Source: Octopus vulgaris
Taxonomy: Eukaryota
Length of the DNA: 64,000 nucleotides
Assembly (NCBI GenBank): GCA_951406725.2
Contig: OX597831.1
Coordinates: 1,240,001-1,304,000, forward strand
Direction of reading: 5' to 3'
The notes beneath the pieces are model-generated. The model was not told the DNA's origin, made no database searches, and saw only the letters and a list, made by a program, of their open reading frames with translations. Both the position numbers and the translations under genes were made by a program. Shown in pieces: positions 24,257 through 34,552 of this stretch; positions within the stretch are counted from its first letter, which is position 1, and every line of letters begins with the position of its first letter.

Positions 24257-25747
24257 CTACGACTACCTTCTTTCTTGCACTTATCCTTACTCTTTCTCTA
24301 TTCTTCAATTTCCATCTCATTGTATTGTCCCTCATTCTTTCAGTATTCCCTCATTACCCTGTCTAGCTCAAACATTTTTTTCGTTTAGACTTGTCTCCAG
24401 GTTCATAGCCACTCTGATTTTTCAATTTTTCAATTTTTCGTTTAGTATTGTCTCCCGATTCATACTAACCCATTTGCTAGCTCACGATTAACAGAACCTC
24501 TTTACTCAGCTACGGTGTTATATTAGCTATCAATAATGATATTCCCTCTGATTTTTCTGATTTTCAAACCTATTTATCTAATGTTTATTTATCGACAATG
24601 CCGTCCCCAGTCAAATTCCCTCACACCGCTTATTGTCACGTGTCCCTTGACCTCTCTCTCTAACTAACCCTATCTCTCTCTCGCTATGTTCCCCCCTTCC
24701 CATAACCATCATCGCCATGGTCCTCTATGCCCCCCCCCCACTCCCCAAAACCATCATCGCCATACATAAAAGAGCGATCGCATTTATCGTTAACCCCACT
24801 CGCTTCAAAATATCTAAAGAATACGCACAGATCATGAATGGCTAAAAGTTAAGTGAATCGTTCAACCTCGCTACGACTACCTTCTTTCTTGCACTTATCC
24901 TTACTCTTTCTCTATTCTTCAATTTCCATCTCATTGTATTGTCCCTCATTCTTTCAGTATTCCCTCATTACCCTGTCTAGCTCAAACATTTTTTTTTTCG
25001 TTTAGACTTGTCTCCAGGTTCATAGCCACTCTGATTTTTCAATTTTCAATTTTTCGTTTAGTATTGTCTCCCGATTCATACTAACCCATTTGCTAGCTCA
25101 CGATTAACAGAACCTCTTTACTCAGCTACGGTGTTATATTAGCTATCAATAATGATATTCCCTCTGATTTTTCTGATTTTCAAACCTATTTATCTAATGT
25201 TTATTTATCGACAATGCCGTCCCCAGTCAAATTCCCTCACACCGCTTATTGTCACGTGTCCCTTGACCTCTCTCTCTAACTAACCCTATCTCTCTCTCGC
25301 TATGTTCCCCCCTTCCCATAACCATCATCGCCATGGTCCTCTATGCCCCCCCCCCACTCCCCAAAACCATCATCGCCATACATAAAAGAGCGATCGCATT
25401 TATCGTTAACCCCACTCGCTTCAAAATATCTAAAGAATACGCACAGATCATGAATGGCTAAAAGTTAAGTGAATCGTTCAACCTCGCTACGACTACCTTC
25501 TTTCTTGCACTTATCCTTACTCTTTCTCTATTCTTCAATTTCCATCTCATTGTATTGTCCCTCATTCTTTCAGTATTCCCTCATTACCCTGTCTAGCTCA
25601 AACATTTTTTTCGTTTAGACTTGTCTCCAGGTTCATAGCCACTCTGATTTTTCAATTTTTCAATTTTTCGTTTAGTATTGTCTCCCGATTCATACTAACC
25701 CATTTGCTAGCTCACGATTAACAGAACCTCTTTACTCAGCTACGGTG
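24257..25747 (+). repeat. 2.4 near-identical tandem copies of a ~615-bp monomer at the RTE 5' end
   Basis: Units 24257-24870, 24871-25486 and partial 25487-25747. The differences seen are homopolymer lengths. Preceded by 19-bp repeats TACGACTACCTTCTTTCTC. Confidence 0.95.
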
Positions 25748-25919
25748 CACCCGCCCTCCCACCCCCACCACGCATGCCGGAAGTTCCTATTCTCTTCCAT
25801 TCCGGGGTTGCTTCCCATGAAGACTGCAAATGCTCTCACCATCCCTACCCCTCCCTACCCCTAGTCTCGACCTATGTAAGGTAATGTTCATACAGTGCAA
25901 AATATGAAAGGCTAGCGTT

Positions 25920-27248
25920 ATGCAGGTTGTACTGAAGGCTACTTTACTACTTCATTTTTTGCACATGAATTCTGCCAAATGCGAGCTTTCTTTTCAGGTA
26001 CACGAAGCTACTGTCCACCGTCCCAGGGTCTCTAGAGCCCATGCCTTCCACACCCTCAGGGTTGGCACCCTCAACGTTGGCACTCTGAAAGGTAGGTCTG
26101 GTGAGATAGTCGAGATGCTTGAACGGAGATGTGTGGATATATGTTGCATGCAAGAAATAAGGTGGAGAGGAGGATCAGCTAGGTTCCTCACAGGCAAGGA
26201 ACGCAGGTACAAGATTTTCTGGGCAGGGAATACTGACGGGGTTGGTGGCGTGGGTATACTTATCGCTGAGAAATGGGTAGATAAAGTAATTGAGGTAATC
26301 AGAGTAAGTGACAGAATACTTAAGATTAGATTAGTGCTTCATCATAGTTTAGCAACCATTATATCAGCCTATGCTCCTCAGTCGGGGCTACCCGATGGAC
26401 AGAAAGACCGATTCTATGACACTCTACTGCAGACTACCTCATTGACGAACGACAGAGACCTTATCTTTGTGGCTGGTGACTTCAATGGTCACGTTGGACG
26501 ACATGCTGGGGGCTTCCATGGCGTACATGGAGGCTACGGCTATGGCTCCCGCAACGAGGAGGGAACCAGGCTGCTGGAGTTCTGCGATGCAAATAATCTT
26601 ATGATTTGCAACACTAACTTCAGGAAACCTACCAGCCACCTAGTCACTTACCAATCGGGCCAACATACCAGCCAAATTGACTACATCCTTACAAGGCAAA
26701 GGGAGAGATGGCTGCTTATAAATGCCAAAACCTTCCCAGGTGAAGAATGTACCCCACAACATAGACTGGTAGTTAGTGACTTTAGGATCAGGACTAGGAG
26801 GACAACCAGAAGACGACAAATATGGAGAAGAAGGATCTGGAAGCTTAAAGATCCTGCAAATGGACAGAGATTTAGGGACATATTACTTGAAGCCTCTGAC
26901 GAAGTAGAAGGGGATAGAGCATCACAGGGGGTAGAAGACAGCTGGACGTTTCTAAGGGACAACCTGCTGAGAGCCACTGACCAGATCTGTGGCTGGTGCA
27001 AAGTCCCCTCTCGACCTAGAATAACGTGGTGGTGGAACAATATTGTAGACAGGGCTATTAGAGAAAAGAGACAGGCTTGGAAGGTCTGGAAAAATGGGGG
27101 TAGCAGGGAATTGTATCAGACTGCCAAAAGAGAAGCTAGGAGACAGGTTTATTTAGCCAGAGGGGAAGCAGATAAGAAAAATTTGCCAATGTTCTGCGCC
27201 GTGAGGACCAAAGACTGGAGGTGTTTCGTGTTGCAAGACAGTGTGTGA
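25920..27248 (+). CDS. RTE ORF, N-terminal part: AP endonuclease (APE/EEP)
   Basis: Motifs GTLNVGTL, CMQEIRW, SAYAPQ, VAGDFNGH, SQIDYIL, PQHRLVV. The frame is lost at the A-run 27177-27181. Confidence 0.93.
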   Translation: MQVVLKATLLLHFLHMNSAKCELSFQVHEATVHRPRVSRAHAFHTLRVGTLNVGTLKGRSGEIVEMLERRCVDICCMQEIRWRGGSARFLTGKERRYKIFWAGNTDGVGGVGILIAEKWVDKVIEVIRVSDRILKIRLVLHHSLATIISAYAPQSGLPDGQKDRFYDTLLQTTSLTNDRDLIFVAGDFNGHVGRHAGGFHGVHGGYGYGSRNEEGTRLLEFCDANNLMICNTNFRKPTSHLVTYQSGQHTSQIDYILTRQRERWLLINAKTFPGEECTPQHRLVVSDFRIRTRRTTRRRQIWRRRIWKLKDPANGQRFRDILLEASDEVEGDRASQGVEDSWTFLRDNLLRATDQICGWCKVPSRPRITWWWNNIVDRAIREKRQAWKVWKNGGSRELYQTAKREARRQVYLARGEADKKNLPMFCAVRTKDWRCFVLQDSV

Positions 27249-29086
27249 GAGAGAATCGTGATGTGGTAGGAGAGAAGTGTGTTCGCATGGAAGATGGTTC
27301 ACTTGCGCTAAATGAGGATGCAAAGAGAGAGGTTTGGAGATGCCACTATGAAAGGTTGCTGAATGAAGAAAATGAATGGGATAAAGAGAGTCTGCCGAAT
27401 GTTGACCCAACAGAGGGACCAGCTATCCGAGTTGATAGTTCTGTGGTAGCTAAGGCAATTAGAAGCATGAAGACAGGGAAAGCCCCAGGCCCATCAGGAA
27501 TCACTGCAGAGATGCTCAAAATGTCTGGTAGTGTCGGCTATAGCCTAGTCACCCATATAGTTAATCAGGTGATACACAAAGGGGTCATACCCAATGACTG
27601 GTGTAGCAGTATAATAGTCAACTGCTACAAAGGTAAAGGTGATGCCCTAGATACAAACAACTACAGAGGTATCAAGCTGTTGGACCAGGTGATGAAGGTT
27701 ACGGAGAGGGTCATAGCCCAACTAATTAGAGAGAGAGTTAGTTTAGATGAGATGCAGTTTGGGTTTGTGCCAGGGAAAAGTACTACTGATGCTATATTCC
27801 TGGTAAGGCAGCTGCAGGAGAAATACCTAGCCAAAGATAAGCCCCTGTACCTGGCTTTTGTTGACATGGAGAAAGCCTTCGACAGGGTCCCCCGATCCCT
27901 TATCTGGTGGGCAATGAGAAAACTAGGGATAGATGAATGGTTAGTGAGAGCTGTGCGGGCCATGTATAGGGACGCCGCTAGTAGGGTGAGGGTTGGAAAT
28001 GAGTACAGTGAAGAATTCCGGGTAGAGGTAGGGGTCCACCAAGGCTCAGTACTCAGCCCCCTCCTATTTATCATAGTTTTCCAGGCAATAACGGAGGAAT
28101 TCAAGACAGGATGCCCTTGGGAGCTCCTCTATGCTGATGACCTTGCTCTAATTGCTGAGTCGCTATCAGAACTGGAGGAGAAGTTTCAGGTGTGGAAACA
28201 AGGATTAGAATCGAAGGGCCTCAGAGTCAATCTAGCTAAAACCAAAGTCGTAATCAGTAGGAAGGTAGACAAATCACAAACACCTTCAGGTAGATGGCCC
28301 TGCTCGATCTGTAGAAAAGGTGTAGGTAGAAACTCTATAAGATGCACCAAGTGTAAGCTATGGACACATAAGAGATGCAGCAATGTCAAAGGAAGGCTAA
28401 CTAGGAAGATGGTTTTTGTATGTGGCAGATGCTCAGGAACAATAAACACTGAAAATGCTCTGAGACCAACTTCTGTCACTTTCCAGGGAGAAAAACTAGA
28501 AATAGTTGATAGTTTCCGTTACCTAGGTGACCAAGTCAGCAGCGGAGGCGGGTGTGCTGAAAGTGTAACTGCTAGAGTAAGAATAGCTTGGGCAAAGTTC
28601 AGAGAGCTCTTACCTCTGCTGGTGACAAAAGGCCTCTCGCACAGAGTGAAAGGCAGACTGTATGATGCGTGTGTACGAACAGCCATGCTACATGGCAGTG
28701 AAACATGGGCCGTGACTGCTGAGGATATGCGTAAGCTCGCTAGAAATGAAGCCAGTATGCTCCGATGGATGTGTAATGCCAGTACTCACACTCGGCAGAG
28801 TGTAAGTACCTTGAGAGAAAAGCTGGACCTAAGAAGCATCAGTTGTGGTGTGCAAGAGAGACGTTTGCGCTGGTATGGTCATGTGGCGAGAATGGATGAA
28901 GATAGTTGTGTGAAAAAGTGCCACACCCTAGCGGTTGAGGGAACCTGTGGAAGAGGCAGACCCAGGAAAACCTGGGACGAGGTGGTGAAGCACGACCTTC
29001 GAACTTTAGGTCTCACCGAGGAAATGACTAGAGACCGAGACCTCTGGAAGTGTGCTGTGCGCGAGAAGACCCGGCAGGACAAGTGA
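27221..29086 (+). CDS. RTE ORF, C-terminal part: non-LTR reverse transcriptase + PHD-like finger
   Basis: Motifs KAPGPSG, NYRGIKLL, QFGF, AFVDMEKAFDRV, GVHQGSVLSPLLF, LLYADDL, FRYLG, LRWYGHVARM, GRPRKTW, plus CSIC..CTKC...H..C..CGRC. Confidence 0.96.
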   Translation: MFRVARQCVRENRDVVGEKCVRMEDGSLALNEDAKREVWRCHYERLLNEENEWDKESLPNVDPTEGPAIRVDSSVVAKAIRSMKTGKAPGPSGITAEMLKMSGSVGYSLVTHIVNQVIHKGVIPNDWCSSIIVNCYKGKGDALDTNNYRGIKLLDQVMKVTERVIAQLIRERVSLDEMQFGFVPGKSTTDAIFLVRQLQEKYLAKDKPLYLAFVDMEKAFDRVPRSLIWWAMRKLGIDEWLVRAVRAMYRDAASRVRVGNEYSEEFRVEVGVHQGSVLSPLLFIIVFQAITEEFKTGCPWELLYADDLALIAESLSELEEKFQVWKQGLESKGLRVNLAKTKVVISRKVDKSQTPSGRWPCSICRKGVGRNSIRCTKCKLWTHKRCSNVKGRLTRKMVFVCGRCSGTINTENALRPTSVTFQGEKLEIVDSFRYLGDQVSSGGGCAESVTARVRIAWAKFRELLPLLVTKGLSHRVKGRLYDACVRTAMLHGSETWAVTAEDMRKLARNEASMLRWMCNASTHTRQSVSTLREKLDLRSISCGVQERRLRWYGHVARMDEDSCVKKCHTLAVEGTCGRGRPRKTWDEVVKHDLRTLGLTEEMTRDRDLWKCAVREKTRQDK

Positions 29087-30203
29087 GTCCACAACCCGTG
29101 GCCTTCTACATGGGATGGAGCCAGCCTACGTATGCATACCTTCCCTTCTTGGGACACAAAACTCTACTTGTGAAGACGTGTTGAGGCAAGTGAGGATCAG
29201 AATCGAAATCGATCAATGGAAATTGCGGATGTGCTACCAGTGCCGGTGGCATGTCGAAACTCTGCTTGTGAAGACCCATTGAGGCAAGTGAGGATCAGAA
29301 TCGAAATCGATCAATGGAAATCGATCAATGGAAATTGCAGATGTGTTACCAGTGCCGGTGGCATGTAAGAGAACCTTCCGTTTCGCGACCGTTGCCAGCA
29401 CCGCCCCGTTTCGTGTTCGTTGCCAGCCTCGCCTGGCCCTCGTGCCGGTGGCACATAAAAAACACCATCCGTTCGTGGCCGTTTGCCAGCTCTGGCTGGC
29501 ACCAGTGCGGGTGGCACGTAAAAAGCACCCACTACACTCACGGAGTGGTTGGCGTTAGGAAGGGCATCCAGCCGTAGAAACACTGCCAGATTTGACTGGG
29601 CCTGATGAAGCCTTCTGGCTTCACAGACCCCAGCAGAACCGTCCAACCCATGCTAGCATGGAAAACGGACGCTAAATGATGATGATGATGATGATGATTG
29701 TACAATTTATGTTGACTAATACACATTTGAATTTGCTTTCATTTTACTGGTGGTTTCAACTAAAGGATTTTTTTAGGAAAAGGTGAATTAAATATCATAC
29801 TGTGTAAAATTGAAAAAACCTTAAATCAAAAGTAAATTTTAGTTTAGAAGGAAACACATACATGCTCAGAGCAAATTAATTAATGTTAAAATAAGTTTAA
29901 TTAAAATTAATTAAAATACATTAAAATTAATTAATGTTAAAAGAAATTTAATTAAAATGTACTCTGGGCATGTACGTTTTTCCTTCTAAAGTAAAATTTA
30001 TTTTTGATTTAAGGTTTTCTTTGATTTTACACAATACGATATTTAATTTTTTATATCATCGTTTCTGAAAAAAAAAAAAAAAAACTCCGTTAGTTGAAAT
30101 GACCAATGAAATGAAACCAAATTCAAATGTGTATCTGTCGATGTATATTATACATTATATTTATACATATAACCTTAATTTGTGTCCCATTTTTAATCAC
30201 AAT

Positions 30204-30239
30204 TGTCAGACGAATGTAAACATGAAACTCTGAGTAGCA
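30204..30239 (+). ncRNA. Minimal type I hammerhead-like motif in the fold-back right arm (mirror copy on the - strand at 24138-24173)
   Basis: TGT-CAGACGA-ATG(TAAA)CAT-GAAA-CTC(T)GAG-TA-GCA. The left arm on the minus strand reads TGT-CCAACGA-ATG(GGAG)CAT-GAAA-CTCTGAG-TA-GCA. Confidence 0.6.
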
Positions 30240-30357
30240 TTTTCTGTGATATTTAGTTGATGTTTTTGCAGCTTAAGCATATTACTCTACCTCCGGTATT
30301 CAAGTACTATTTTTCCCCACCTTGTCTCACATGTATGTGCTTATTTTGGTGTCTATG

Positions 30358-30399
<42 letters not shown>

Positions 30400-30859
30400 T
30401 ATGAATGTAGTTGTATTACTTGTATGTATAAACAAATCTATGTGAGGCCATTGACTTGTAGGTATATATACAGAGGAATAAACATGTGTATACATATAAG
30501 ATACCAGGTATATGCTGATATCTGCATATATGTAGGTATATGTGCATGATATATATATTAAACAAGACTAGTGATTGTATATTATATATGAGAATGGTAG
30601 GTGTATGTGCATGATATGTGTATATACAAGAGTACTGGTTGAGTACCCAATTATCGCAAAGTGTCCCAAGTGTACTAGCTAAATACCTGCTTGGCATATT
30701 GAGAGTATACATACATGTACAAACACACCATATATACTTTATTACTTTCTTGTAGTGAATGATATATGCGTATACATATATCTTCTGCCTAGCCAGCTTC
30801 AGTCAAACTATCCAACTCATGCCAGTGTGGAAGGCGGACATTAAATGATGATGATGATG

Positions 30860-31118
30860 TAAAAATCACCTGCCGTGACACTTCTGCACTAGGGATGCTC
30901 CGCAACCAGTTGTACAATATCCTGCCCATGAGGGATCGATGCATGATGGGTCAAAACGATTGCTGCGAGCAATAAAGTTTCACGTATATCCCATTTTCTG
31001 TATCTATCATTCGTTATATATTCACCAAACACCAAGGAATTCCTGAGGTAGATCCAAGTGACAGTTGTAAAAACACCATGGATGATGTCAAGTAGCAATA
31101 ATCAGTGAATATACTTCA
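30860..31118 (+). mobile_element. Penelope-pLTR-like repeat with a decayed hammerhead-like motif and AATAAA
   Basis: CCCATGA-GGGATCGATGCATGATGGGTC-AAAACGATT..GCAATAAAG. Homologous to 23528-23725. Confidence 0.55.
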
Positions 31119-31464
31119 CTAGTTAAGTACCAGGGACATACCCAATGCTTAAATAATCAGCTGCATTGTAAATCTGATAAGTTATTCATTGGCTTGCATT
31201 ACTGAATTCATTTCTTCATGCAGAAAAGTTACTTGTAACAGACTGGTGCTTTAGCCAGGAGGAATTTTATCTCTTATCTAATTAACACCACAAGGAAACA
31301 GAATTAAGCACAGTGTTAGAAAACTGTAGGCAGCCCTGACAGACAGACTAGTCTTATGAAATTTTTATTTGGGACTTTGCACCATGAGGTAAATGCTAAT
31401 GCATCTATTTAGTGTATAATCCAGCAAGATAACAAATTTTGGGTCAATAAGAGAACATTTAAGC

Positions 31465-31717
31465 CAGTGTTTCTCAATCAGTTTTTACCTGTGGACCCCT
31501 TTGATTTCTATTTTACTTGGATGGACCCTCCTAGCCATTAGATGTTTAAAAACAAATACTCTATTTTTGTAATTAAATATCATTAGGAATTGTATAAAAA
31601 ATTGCTAAAAGATTTTGTGAATTGTAGAAATATAACAAATTTATTTCAGATAAATTTTAACAAAGAATCTTATATGAACCCTCAAGGACCAAAATGAACC
31701 CCGGTTGAGAACAACTG
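31465..31717. mobile_element. hAT-like MITE
   Basis: TIR CAGTGTTTCTCAA versus revcomp CAGTTGTTCTCAA. The 8-bp flanks ATTTAAGC/CTTAAAGC match at 6/8. Confidence 0.75.
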
Positions 31718-33243
31718 CTTAAAGCAGTTGTTCATCCTGCTAGAAAGAGCAGCCAAATATCTCTCTTAAAAAGGAAGGTCATTGATAATGCAGTCATGAA
31801 TATATAAAAGGATAGAATGATCACACCTAGAAAGCTTTTGGTTTGTTAGATCAGTGGTAAACTGGAGATAAACAATCACTAGATGTTGGATCTTCTGAGA
31901 AAGTTATCTGAAAAAAGTGTGACATTCTATCCAAGAGGAGATTAATCAATCTTATGTCAAGAAACTGAATCAAGACACCACCTCCTATCAGTCACATGGG
32001 GTTCCAAGCTGTCTTAAATTTTCACCTATCTCTCATTGCCAATATATATCTGCATGTGTTCCATGAATATGCATTTTGGCAAAATTATGGTTTAGTAAAG
32101 AGTGAATGCATCCAGAATGTAATTAAAATGAGACAGCTTTTTAAAACATCTTTCACTTGAAATGCACAGTGAAGCGTAGAAAAACTTCCCATCTTCCCAT
32201 CAGTGGATGACTCACTTATTCCATCATTCTATTATTTCATTATTCTTGTTCAACACACCTACTACCAAAGCAAAAACAGGAAACAAGCTGAAGATATTTC
32301 ATTGTCTGCAAGATAAGAGATATTGCTGTATCCATTGCATCGCCCAGACATCTGTCTTTAAAGCACTTAATTACCAACATCATCAAACCCCCTGCTCACT
32401 CTCGTCTATAGCCTGCAGGTCATGTGACCTTAGTTTTTGCCATCTTCCTCTCTTGCATGACAGGAATGAGATGAGCTGTGCGTTGTAGTGATTTTGTGAC
32501 CAAGCATTCTTCAGATGACCGGCGACAATCTATCATGACATAGGTAGTAGCATGGGTGCTGTTAGAGAAGTCAGTAAAATAAACAAAATCACAAATAAAT
32601 AAAAAAAATGAAAAATAAATAACATTAACAGAACACAAACAAAAAACAAAACTGTGTTTGTTGTTATAATGGACTTTAAGGTTTAAGGAAATCTTCTGGG
32701 GGATAAAAGACTGAGCAGGGACATTGAAGAAAACAGGAAGACTGAAGAATAGAAGACAGAATGAAGGAAGAAAAAACCAGAAATCTTCTCCACTAACTGA
32801 CACAAATAATAAAGGAATTATATAAAATTCTTCACTAACGAACTTCTCCCAGAGAATTGTTCATTTGCTTGAATCTAATTAAACTTATGAAAACTGATTA
32901 CTAAAATGAAATGAAATTAACTAACCAATCAACACAAGCACATGGAGGTGCACGTACATACTAACATTAGCATACACACATACAGACAAACAGTAATATG
33001 CGTATAAACATATACAAATATAACATAACAGTGACATATATACACACATTTGCATACATGTTTACACACAAATGCCAATATATGCAGACAGCAGCACAAA
33101 CACATAAGTAAATATGCAGATAACAGAATTTCAACATTCACACATACTCAAATGTACATTTGCAGCCTTATGCACACACACACACATACGAGCACACACA
33201 CACACACACACAAACACACACATGCGTGCGCAAAATATACAAA

Positions 33244-33910
33244 CACAATTTTTCACATACAGATCAACAGAAACACATTTATACATATGCAGACCAACAT
33301 GAGCATACACATGTAGACATATAAGGCTAAGACATACACACACACACAATATACATACACAAATTTTCACATACAGATCAATAGAAACACATTTATACAT
33401 ATGCAGACCAACATGAGCATACACATGTAGACATATAAGGCTAAGACATACACACACACACAATATACATACACAAATTTTCACACACAGATCAATAGAA
33501 ACACACATTTATACATATGCAGACCAACATGAGCATACACATGTAGACACATAAGGCTAAGACATATACACACACACAATATACATACACAAATTTTCAC
33601 ACACAGATCAATAGAAACACACATTTATACATATGCAGACCAACATGAGCATACACATGTAGACACATAAGGCTAAGACATACACACACACACACAATAT
33701 ACATACACAAATTTTCACACACAGATCAATAGAAACACACATTTATACATATGCAGACCAACATAAGCATACACATGTAGACACATAAGGCTAAGACATA
33801 TACACACACAACATACATACACAAATTTTCACATACAGATCAATAGAAACACACATTTATACATATGCAGACCAACATAAGCATACACTTGCAGACACAT
33901 TAAGGCTAAC
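33244..33910. repeat. Minisatellite, ~5.8 copies of a 114-118-bp unit
   Basis: Repeated CAGATCAATAGAAACACACATTTATACATATGCAGACCAACATGAGCATACACATGTAGAC..TAAGGCTAAGAC. Confidence 0.95.
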
Positions 33911-34364
33911 ACGCATATACGCATACACATGAACAGACTAAGATAAACAGACACAAATATACACATTGCACCAACACACATAGCAACACATACATACATG
34001 CCAATATACATATATGCTCACTCACCAATTGCTGTTGAGACATATAAACTAATATATCATTGCAATACACAATAAAGATAATTATACAGAGCAACGTACA
34101 CACACAACAACAACAACAACAAATAAAACACTAATACACCCAAAACATCAATGTACACAATGGAATACAGATCAGCACACGTATATACACAAGACAATAC
34201 GACACAAATGTATACTCCAACAAATACATACACCAATATATATATATATATATATGTACCAACAAATATATGCATACAGACACAAAGAGCTAAACCACAG
34301 ACACGCAGACCATAATATCTTAATATACAATTACCAACAGATCATACACAGACCAAATATATAT

Positions 34365-34521
34365 ATGTCTTCCCTTCTCTGGATCTTTACTTCTCCTATG
34401 TTTCTGACAAAGAGCTCCGCTCGAAACGTTAAACCTTCCTTCTTTCCTGAGCGTCCAATAATACTATATTTGTTCCACGTCCTCGCGTTGTTGTGTTTTT
34501 TGTGCTTTCTTGTTTGGATTA

Positions 34522-34526
<5 letters not shown>
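34365..34526 (+). mobile_element. Penelope-pLTR-like short repeat with a minimal hammerhead-like motif (34400-34434)
   Basis: GTTT-CTGACAA-A-GAGC(TCC)GCTC-GAAA-CG-TT-AAAC, bounded by (TA)n. Confidence 0.6.

Positions 34527-34552
<26 letters not shown>

Larger units (their letters stand above)
24221..29697 (+). mobile_element. Near full-length RTE-clade LINE
   Basis: Boundaries are set by the interruption of the fold-back arm. Contains tandem 5' monomers, an APE-RT ORF, a structured 3' UTR and a (GAT)n tail. No clear TSD. Confidence 0.92.
24101..30276. mobile_element. ~700-bp fold-back element (left arm 24101-24220 plus 29698-29870; right arm 29955-30276), split by the RTE insertion
   Basis: 24101-24220 is the reverse complement of 30158-30276. 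29700-29870 is the reverse complement of 29955-30155. The central spacer is AT-rich. Confidence 0.85.

Noticed and set aside
25947-29157. Antisense ORFs overlapping the RTE gene
   Set aside because: They are shadow ORFs of a long, GC-richer coding sequence with no motifs of their own.
29420-29470. Resemblance of CCAGCCTCGCCTGGC..GCCGGTGGCAC to the HDV ribozyme sequence
   Set aside because: No upstream P1 partner and no P2/P1.1 nested pseudoknot could be built. Two simple hairpins explain it.
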